32,000 nucleotides of DNA, from positions 1,260,001 to 1,292,000 of the forward strand of contig NC_017856.1 of NCBI RefSeq assembly GCF_000260965.1, written 5' to 3'. The first letter of the stretch is position 1, and each line of letters opens with the position of its first letter. A program made the position numbers and the translations under genes. Below the pieces are notes generated by a model that saw only the letters and a program-made list of their open reading frames with translations, was not told where the DNA came from and did not search any database. This stretch comes from Methylophaga frappieri. GTDB taxonomy: Bacteria > Pseudomonadota > Gammaproteobacteria > Nitrosococcales > Methylophagaceae. This document shows, in pieces, positions 25,559-32,000 of this stretch.

Positions 25559-26016
25559 GTGAAGATACCAAGCAAACGGATCAGGATCTGGCTGACGAAT
25601 GGGCAGCCGCATTGGAAGAGCAAGATGACACACAAAGTGACAATGCGGACTGGGATGATGCGCTGGCCGAACAAGCCGCTGCTGAAGAAAGTGCTGAACA
25701 ACTGGCACAAACGGCCAAGATGGAAAAATTGAGCGATAATGGACACACCCGCGCCGATGTCAATCTAGATATGGTGCTGGATATTCCTGTTACCATTTCC
25801 ATGGAAATTGGCCGCACACGAATCAGCATCCGCAATCTGTTGCAGCTCAGTCAAGGTTCTGTCGTCGAACTGGATCGGTTGGCTGGAGAACCGATGGATG
25901 TGTTAGTAAACGACACCTTAATTGCCCACGGTGAAGTCGTGGTGGTAAATGACAAATTCGGTATTCGGCTGACCGACGTCATCAGTGCTGCCGAGCGGAT
26001 CAAAAAATTACGATGA
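25555..26016 (+). CDS. fliN: Flagellar motor switch protein FliN
   Basis: 153 aa with an acidic N-terminal extension and a conserved SpoA C-terminal domain (LDIPVTISMEIGRTRISIRNLLQLSQGSVVELDRLAGEPMDVLVNDTLIAHGEVVVVNDKFGIRLTDV). ATGA overlap with fliM. Confidence 0.95.
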   Translation: MSEDTKQTDQDLADEWAAALEEQDDTQSDNADWDDALAEQAAAEESAEQLAQTAKMEKLSDNGHTRADVNLDMVLDIPVTISMEIGRTRISIRNLLQLSQGSVVELDRLAGEPMDVLVNDTLIAHGEVVVVNDKFGIRLTDVISAAERIKKLR

Positions 26017-26429
26017 AATACCGGATCGTACTCCTCTTGCTAAGCCTGAGTCAGACAGCAATAGCAGCACCATTAACGCAAGCCAATCCAGGCGTCGATA
26101 CTGGCAACCTGTTGCAAACAATACTGGGACTGGGACTGGTGTTGTTATTGATCTGGGGAATGGCTTGGCTATTAAAGCGTAGTCAGCAGTGGCATGGCAG
26201 TGGACAACAACAATTTCGGGTTGTGGCTGCGGTGGCATTAGGACCTCGCGAAAAAGCTGTACTCTTGCAGGTAGGTGAAAATCAATTGCTGGTTGGGGTC
26301 ACACCACAGCAAGTCAACCTATTACAGACACTGTCTGCCCCACTCAATATGGATAAGCAAGGCGTTGCGATTAACGCTAATTTTGCGGACAAATTGCGCC
26401 AATACCTGCAACCTGGACAAGAAAAATGA
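26013..26429 (+). CDS. fliO: Flagellar biosynthesis protein FliO
   Basis: 138 aa with a signal-like N-terminus, one TM segment ([19 protein letters not shown]) and the conserved [29 protein letters not shown] block. Sits between fliN and fliP. ATGA overlaps on both sides. Confidence 0.88.
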   Translation: MKYRIVLLLLSLSQTAIAAPLTQANPGVDTGNLLQTILGLGLVLLLIWGMAWLLKRSQQWHGSGQQQFRVVAAVALGPREKAVLLQVGENQLLVGVTPQQVNLLQTLSAPLNMDKQGVAINANFADKLRQYLQPGQEK

Positions 26430-27163
26430 GTCGGCTGTGGTTACTAGTGGGGCTGTTACTGATGCCGTTTGTCGCTAGCGCAGACCCCGGGATACCGGCA
26501 TTGACGCTAACTACTGATGAAAATGGTGGCCAAAGTTATTCGCTAACATTACAGATTCTGGCCTTAATGACTGTGCTGACACTGTTGCCAGCCGGTTTGA
26601 TGATGATGACATCATTCACCCGCATCATTATTGTTATGGCCATACTAAGACAGGCACTCGGCGTCCAATCCACGCCATCCAATCAGGTGTTATTAGGGCT
26701 GGCTTTGTTTCTGACTATTTTTATCATGCACCCGGTTTTTGGCAGTGCCTATGAAAACGGCGTGAAGCCATACATGGATGGGGGAATGCAGCCTACCGAA
26801 GCCATTACCGCGGCAAGCGCACCTTTTCGAGATTTTATGCTGGCACAGACGCGGGAAACCGACATTGCATTGTTTGCTGAAATTGGTGGATACGCCCCGC
26901 TGCAATCTGCAGAAGACGTTCCATTCAGCTTATTGCTCCCCGCATTTGTCACCAGTGAACTGAAAACGGCATTCCAAATTGGTTTTTTAATTTTCATTCC
27001 TTTTTTGATCATTGATTTGGTTGTTGCCAGCGTCCTGATGGCCATGGGGATGATGATGTTATCCCCGATGTTGATTTCACTCCCATTCAAACTCATGCTG
27101 TTTGTATTGATTGACGGCTGGGCACTACTGATGGGCACCCTCGCCTCCAGTTTTTATCTTTAA
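26426..27163 (+). CDS. fliP: Flagellar type III export gate protein FliP
   Basis: 245 aa with a signal peptide. [18 protein letters not shown] and [39 protein letters not shown] are FliP/SctR hallmarks. Confidence 0.96.
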   Translation: MSRLWLLVGLLLMPFVASADPGIPALTLTTDENGGQSYSLTLQILALMTVLTLLPAGLMMMTSFTRIIIVMAILRQALGVQSTPSNQVLLGLALFLTIFIMHPVFGSAYENGVKPYMDGGMQPTEAITAASAPFRDFMLAQTRETDIALFAEIGGYAPLQSAEDVPFSLLLPAFVTSELKTAFQIGFLIFIPFLIIDLVVASVLMAMGMMMLSPMLISLPFKLMLFVLIDGWALLMGTLASSFYL

Positions 27164-27167
27164 GACA

Positions 27168-27437
27168 ATGACGCCTGAAACAGTCCTCACAGTGTTACAA
27201 CAAACATTGGAAATCATCATTCTGATGTTGGTGGTGATTCTGGTCCCAGCCTTGGTTGCAGGGTTGATTGTCAGCATGTTTCAGGCAGCCACCTCAATTA
27301 ACGAACAAACCTTAAGCTTTGTTCCCAAGTTACTGGTCACGATTTTTGTCTTAATGTTGGCTGGCCCTTGGCTTCTCAGCCTGGTTACCAATTACGCCTT
27401 ACGTTTGTTTGAAAATATCCCCTACCTGATAGGTTAA
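27168..27437 (+). CDS. fliQ: Flagellar type III export gate protein FliQ
   Basis: 89 aa with two TM segments. SMFQAATSINEQTLSFVPKLL is the FliQ/SctS motif. Confidence 0.95.
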   Translation: MTPETVLTVLQQTLEIIILMLVVILVPALVAGLIVSMFQAATSINEQTLSFVPKLLVTIFVLMLAGPWLLSLVTNYALRLFENIPYLIG

Positions 27438-28219
27438 TGATGACGTTGTCGCTGGCCGAACTCAGTGCCCTCATCGGAACTTATATGTGGCCTTTTATTC
27501 GGATTGCTGCGATGGTCATGGCGGCACCGATTTTCAGTGCCAATTACATCAACACACGCAGTCGTTTACTGCTCGCTCTGGTGATTACCTTTGTCGTGGT
27601 ACCCACAATCTCCACCCCGATGCCACAAGTCTTTATCCTGAGCAGTAGTGGCTTACTGTTACTGCTACAACAAGTGCTGATAGGGATTAGTATCGGTTTT
27701 ATGCTGCAACTGATGTTCAATGCCTTTATTGTTGCCGGTCAGATTATTGCGATGCAGATGGGGCTAGGGTTTGCGTCATTGGTTGATCCACAGAATGGTC
27801 TCAACGTACCAGTCATCAGTCAGTTTTATCTGATTTTCACCAGTTTACTGTTTGTCAGCCTGAATGGGCATTTGATTCTCATCCAGGTATTGGCGGAGAG
27901 TTTTATCACGATGCCGGTTGGCAGTACCGGTCTGCAAATTACCCATTTTCATGATATTGCTCTGCTGGGTAGCTGGCTTTATGCAGCCGCAATTTTGATT
28001 GCGTTACCCGCAATAGGTTCGCTGACCATGGTGAACCTGGCATTTGGCATTTTGTCTCGGGCGGCCCCCCAAATCAGTCCTTTTACTATTGGTTTTCCCA
28101 TGACCATCGTGCTTGGCTTTGCCATCATGTTCTTTACCCTGCCGCTGGTAGGTCAACATCTGTTGGCGCTATCTGATGAAATGTTGCAAATGATTCGTTC
28201 GCTGGTGACCAGTGGCTGA
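27437..28219 (+). CDS. fliR: Flagellar type III export gate protein FliR
   Basis: 260 aa polytopic protein. WPFIRIAAMVMAAPIF and GQIIAMQMGLGFASLVDPQNG are FliR/SctT motifs. 1-nt overlap with fliQ. Confidence 0.93.
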   Translation: MMTLSLAELSALIGTYMWPFIRIAAMVMAAPIFSANYINTRSRLLLALVITFVVVPTISTPMPQVFILSSSGLLLLLQQVLIGISIGFMLQLMFNAFIVAGQIIAMQMGLGFASLVDPQNGLNVPVISQFYLIFTSLLFVSLNGHLILIQVLAESFITMPVGSTGLQITHFHDIALLGSWLYAAAILIALPAIGSLTMVNLAFGILSRAAPQISPFTIGFPMTIVLGFAIMFFTLPLVGQHLLALSDEMLQMIRSLVTSG

Positions 28220-29351
28220 GCAGGACAGCGCTCAAGAACGGACCGAAGCGCCTTCGGCAAAACGATTGCAGGAGGCGCGAGAAAAAGGTCAGGTGCCACG
28301 TTCTCAAGAACTCAATACTGTGATGGTATTGATGGCCGGTGCTATCGCGATGTTTTTTGTGGGACAAGGCTTGATTGAAAGCTTGACCGAGGTACTGAAA
28401 GAAACCCTAATTCTGGATCGCAAAGTGATCTTTGATACGCAGGCGATGATCGACAAGCTGCGTCAGGCAATTGGCATCGTAGCCTGGGATTTAGGATTAT
28501 TCCTTGCTGTGACTATTTTGGCGGCGTTGGCTGCACCCGCCTTGATGGGTGGCTGGAATATTTCAGCTCAGGCGATGGCACCAAAACCTGAAAAATTAAG
28601 CCCTCTCAAGGGGCTAAAACGTATCTTCGGCCCACAGGGTTTAGTTGAGTTGGGTAAGGCTTTAGGCAAGTTTTTGCTGGTTGGTCTGTTTGGCAGCTTG
28701 ATTTTGTGGAGCCTGCGCGACCAATTATTGACACTGGGGCAGCAAGAAGTGCTGCCAGCGATGGCAGAGTTGGGCTATCTGGTTATCTGGGGCTTTTTGG
28801 CGATTTGTGCCAGTTTGATTTTGATTGTGCTTATCGATGTCCCGTTTCAAAAGTGGAATCATCAACGTCAATTGAAAATGACCAAGCAGGAAGTCAAGGA
28901 TGAGCACAAAGAAACGGATGGTAGCCCAGAGGTCAAAGGACGCATCAGACGGATGCAAATCCAGCTATCTCAGGCCCGCATGATGCAAGATGTGCCAAAG
29001 GCTGACGTGATTATTACCAACCCCACACACTACGCCGTGGCACTACGTTATGACCAGAGCAAATCCGGGGCACCGATTCTGGTTGCCAAAGGTGCTGACT
29101 TGATTGCCCAGCAAATTCGAATGGTGGGTCAGCAACATGATGTCCCACAATTATCCGCGCCGCCATTAACTCGCGCCATTTTTTACAACACTGAAATTGG
29201 TCAGGAGATCCCATCTGGTCTGTATATTGCAGTAGCCCAGGTACTGGCCTTTGTATTTCAGTTACGTCGCTACCGTAAACGGGGTGGACAAAAACCGCAT
29301 CTGAATACTGAGGAACTACCAATACCAGACGAATTCAGACGAGACGAGTAG
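28212..29351 (+). CDS. flhB: Flagellar type III export switch protein FlhB
   Basis: 379 aa. N-terminal QERTEAPSAKRLQEAREKGQVPRSQEL, four TM segments and the autocleavage site NPTH (VIITNPTHYAVALRY). GTG start overlapping the fliR stop by 8 nt. Confidence 0.94.
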   Translation: MAEQDSAQERTEAPSAKRLQEAREKGQVPRSQELNTVMVLMAGAIAMFFVGQGLIESLTEVLKETLILDRKVIFDTQAMIDKLRQAIGIVAWDLGLFLAVTILAALAAPALMGGWNISAQAMAPKPEKLSPLKGLKRIFGPQGLVELGKALGKFLLVGLFGSLILWSLRDQLLTLGQQEVLPAMAELGYLVIWGFLAICASLILIVLIDVPFQKWNHQRQLKMTKQEVKDEHKETDGSPEVKGRIRRMQIQLSQARMMQDVPKADVIITNPTHYAVALRYDQSKSGAPILVAKGADLIAQQIRMVGQQHDVPQLSAPPLTRAIFYNTEIGQEIPSGLYIAVAQVLAFVFQLRRYRKRGGQKPHLNTEELPIPDEFRRDE

Positions 29352-29354
29352 TAA

Positions 29355-31436
29355 ATGGAAAATGTAACCATGACGCGCCGCTTGGGAAGCATGATAAGCG
29401 GCAATATCGCCACACCGATGTTGCTTGTGGCATTGCTGGCCATGGTTGTCCTGCCCTTGCCCGCCTTTATGCTGGATATGTTGTTCAGCTTCAACATCGC
29501 CTTATCGATGGTCATTGTCTTGGCCAGTGTTTACGTCAGAAAGCCACTCCAGTTTGCAGCTTTTCCCAGCATCTTGCTGATCGCCACCCTGTTGAGGCTG
29601 GCTCTTAATGTTGCCTCGACTCGTATTATTTTGCTGGAAGGTCATAGCGGCACCGCCTCTGCCGGTCAGGTCATCGAAGCATTTGGTGAGTTTGTTATTG
29701 GTGGTAATTACGCCGTCGGGCTTGTCGTCTTTGCCATTTTAGTCATCATCAATTTCGTCGTTGTGACCAAAGGGGCGACCCGCATTGCTGAAGTCAGCGC
29801 ACGCTTTACCTTGGACTCCATGCCAGGCAAGCAGATGGCGATTGATGCCGACCTCAATGCGGGACTGATCGATCAGGAAGAAGCGCGCCGTCGTCGTGAT
29901 GAAATCATGCAGGAATCCGACTTTTATGGCTCGATGGATGGTGCCAGCAAATTTGTCCGTGGTGATGCGATTGCCGGCATTCTCATTCTGTTCATTAATA
30001 TTATCGGTGGTCTAATTATCGGTATTGCACAGCATAGTCTGAGTTTTGCTGAAGCCGCTCATAATTACACCTTACTGACCATTGGTGATGGTCTGGTTGC
30101 ACAAATTCCCTCCTTGTTGCTGGCCGCCGCCGCAGGGTTGCTGGTCACGCGTTCTACCGCAGATCAAGACATGGGGGAGCAGATTGTTGGGCAGCTCTTT
30201 AAAGAACCCAAAACTCTGGCTATCACCGCCGGTATTATTGGCGGCCTTGGTCTGGTGCCGGGCATGCCGACCATTCCCTTTCTATTACTTGCTGCAGCAG
30301 GCGCTGGCAGTGCCTGGCTAATGGCGCAACGTCAAAAAGCCGCCGTTGCTGCCAGTACCCCGCAAAATCAGCCGGCGCCACCTAAAGAACAACGTGAACT
30401 CAGCTGGGATGATTTGAGCCCTGTTGATCCAATTGGACTTGAAGTCGGCTATCGACTCATTCCGCTGGTCGATAAGAATCAGGGTGGACAATTAATGAAC
30501 CGCATAAAGGGCATTCGGAAAAAAATCTCTCAAGAGATGGGTTTTTTAATCCCACCGGTGCACATTCGCGATAATCTGGATCTCACCCCAACGGCTTATC
30601 AGATAACCCTGTTCGGCGTGACTTTCGGCGAAGCCGAGATTTATCCCGATCGCATGCTGGCTATCAATCCAGGGCAAGTATTTGGTGAATTAGAGGGTAT
30701 CCGAACTCAAGATCCGGCTTTTGGGCTGGATGCTGTCTGGATCGAACCGTCCCAGCGCGAAACCGCGCAAGCGCAGGGCTATACCGTGGTTGATGTCGAT
30801 ACGGTTATCGCAACGCACTTGAGCAAAATTCTGCAAAATCACGCCCACGATTTGCTTGGCCGGGAAGAAGTTCAACATCTTCTGGATAATCTTGCCAAAG
30901 TCGCTCCCAAACTGGTTGAAGGACTGGTGCCAGACAGTGTACCGCTGGGGTCAGTCCAAAAAGTGCTACAAAATCTACTGCAAGAAAATATTCCAATCCG
31001 TGATATTCGAACCATCACTGAAGCTATTGCTGAGCAAGCTACCCGAAACCCGGATCCCGAAGCGATTACGGCTGCCGTCAGAATGGCATTGGCGCACTCG
31101 ATTGTTCAGCACATCAACGGCACTCGAAATGACCTGCCAATCATCACACTCGACCCTGAACTGGAACAGATATTGCTAAAAACACTGCAGGCATCTGGAG
31201 AAGGTGGCGCCAGTCTGGAACCCGGTCTTGCAGAAAACATGCATCGTAATTTGCAAGACGCAGCACAACGGCAGGAAATGGCCGGTGAATCAGCGATTCT
31301 TGTGGTGCAAGCGGGTTTACGCAGCTGGATTTCACGCTTCATCCGGAATGCGATACCGGGATTACACGTGCTGTCCTATAACGAAATTCCGGATGACAAA
31401 CAAATCAGAATTGTCGCCAATGTTGGCCGCCAGTAA
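29355..31436 (+). CDS. flhA: Flagellar type III export protein FlhA
   Basis: 693 aa. Matches the FHIPEP family: FPSILLIATLLRLALNVASTRIIL, RFTLDSMPGKQMAIDADLNAGLI and FYGSMDGASKFVRGDAIAGI. The start could also be an in-frame ATG 15 or 36 nt downstream. Confidence 0.95.
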   Translation: MENVTMTRRLGSMISGNIATPMLLVALLAMVVLPLPAFMLDMLFSFNIALSMVIVLASVYVRKPLQFAAFPSILLIATLLRLALNVASTRIILLEGHSGTASAGQVIEAFGEFVIGGNYAVGLVVFAILVIINFVVVTKGATRIAEVSARFTLDSMPGKQMAIDADLNAGLIDQEEARRRRDEIMQESDFYGSMDGASKFVRGDAIAGILILFINIIGGLIIGIAQHSLSFAEAAHNYTLLTIGDGLVAQIPSLLLAAAAGLLVTRSTADQDMGEQIVGQLFKEPKTLAITAGIIGGLGLVPGMPTIPFLLLAAAGAGSAWLMAQRQKAAVAASTPQNQPAPPKEQRELSWDDLSPVDPIGLEVGYRLIPLVDKNQGGQLMNRIKGIRKKISQEMGFLIPPVHIRDNLDLTPTAYQITLFGVTFGEAEIYPDRMLAINPGQVFGELEGIRTQDPAFGLDAVWIEPSQRETAQAQGYTVVDVDTVIATHLSKILQNHAHDLLGREEVQHLLDNLAKVAPKLVEGLVPDSVPLGSVQKVLQNLLQENIPIRDIRTITEAIAEQATRNPDPEAITAAVRMALAHSIVQHINGTRNDLPIITLDPELEQILLKTLQASGEGGASLEPGLAENMHRNLQDAAQRQEMAGESAILVVQAGLRSWISRFIRNAIPGLHVLSYNEIPDDKQIRIVANVGRQ

Positions 31437-31450
31437 TTTGAGGTTAGCTT

Positions 31451-32000
31451 ATGAAAATTAAACGTTTCCAAGCAGCAGATGTCCGTCAGGCCATTCGGGA
31501 AGTTCGAGAAGTGCTTGGCCCCGATGCCGTTATTCTCTCGAACACCCGCGTTGATGGAGGTGTGGAAATTGTGGCGGCCACTGATTATGACGCCAGCCAG
31601 TTTCGTCAACCTGAGCCCGCCTCACACCGACAACAAAAGACGCCAAGTGTCGAAATTGATCCCCAAACACCGCAGCCATCAGGCCCGGCTCGCCAGGAAA
31701 ATATCTGGTCACAAGAGCCAACGCTAGTACAAATGCGCAAAGAAATCGCCAGTCTGCGTGACATGCTACAAAATCAGCTTTCGGATTTGGCTTGGAAAGA
31801 TATGGCACGTCAAAGCCCCACTCAGATTCAACTGCTTAAACGGCACTTACAAATGGGTACCGAGGTTGAATTGGCTAAAACACTGACTCAGCAAGCCGCT
31901 CATATCGATGATTTGGAAACCGCATGGCGCCAGTCTCTTGGCCAGTTGGCTGGGCAAATTCCACTTTGGCAAACAAATTTTCTGGATGAAGGTGGCATCA
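31451..32000 (+). CDS. flhF: Flagellar biosynthesis GTPase FlhF, N-terminal part (truncated by the window edge)
   Basis: Not in the ORF track because it has no stop in the window. My translation from the ATG at 31451 gives MKIKRFQAADVRQAIREVREVLGPDAVILSNTRVDGGVEIVAATDYD..., the typical FlhF B-domain N-terminus. The frame is open to position 32000 and the gene follows flhA. Confidence 0.88.
   Translation, partial: MKIKRFQAADVRQAIREVREVLGPDAVILSNTRVDGGVEIVAATDYDASQFRQPEPASHRQQKTPSVEIDPQTPQPSGPARQENIWSQEPTLVQMRKEIASLRDMLQNQLSDLAWKDMARQSPTQIQLLKRHLQMGTEVELAKTLTQQAAHIDDLETAWRQSLGQLAGQIPLWQTNFLDEGGI

Noticed and set aside
26749-27138. 129-aa ORF antisense to fliP, and the 84-aa ORF at 25581-25835 antisense to fliN
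   Set aside because: They are shadow ORFs of highly conserved flagellar genes. The Ala/Ser-rich or hydrophobic composition mirrors the sense strand.
1-32000. Window-wide look for mobile elements, CRISPR arrays, tRNA/rRNA genes, defence or toxin-antitoxin modules and long repeats
   Set aside because: - No transposase, integrase or phage-like ORF.
- No repeat-spacer periodicity.
- No gap large enough for a tRNA other than the 6S locus.
- No long direct or inverted repeats spotted by eye.

A computational self-dot-plot would be needed to exclude short dispersed repeats.

Overview
This looks like an ordinary, densely packed core-chromosome window from a gammaproteobacterium-like genome. I call about 35 protein genes, one ncRNA, two clear intrinsic terminators and a few candidate regulatory sites.

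Gene content, left to right:
- A MarR-controlled RND efflux pair. The pump gene runs off the left edge.
- 6S RNA, zapA and a small coiled-coil gene, divergent from ygfB-pepP-ubiH-ubiI. This synteny is shared with Escherichia and Pseudomonas.
- A two-gene unknown module (a P/Q-rich 106-aa ORF plus a lipoprotein) overlapping the 3' end of rhlB.
- trxA, then uvrD.
- An orphan TRAP solute receptor, an 82-aa acidic ORF, a CopG/DUF411-like protein and a DMT permease.
- A DEAD-box helicase.
- A carbon-node cluster: glgA-ppc divergent from zwf.
- psd.
- The start of a polar-type flagellar export cluster: FliL-like, fliL, fliMNOPQR, flhB, flhA and flhF (truncated at the right edge). A good sigma-54 -24/-12 promoter sits in front of the canonical fliL.

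Several ORF-track entries carry spurious N-terminal extensions, which I trimmed using start-codon context and family N-termini.

I saw no transposase, integrase, phage gene, CRISPR array, tRNA or rRNA, toxin-antitoxin pair or recognisable defence gene. I cannot point to a convincing new system from sequence alone.

The least explained pieces are:
- the rhlB-linked overlapping ORF pair;
- the orphan TRAP receptor / 82-aa ORF / CopG-like / DMT run;
- the extra FliL paralogue outside the sigma-54 fliL operon.

All family calls come from motif recognition by eye. No database search was run.
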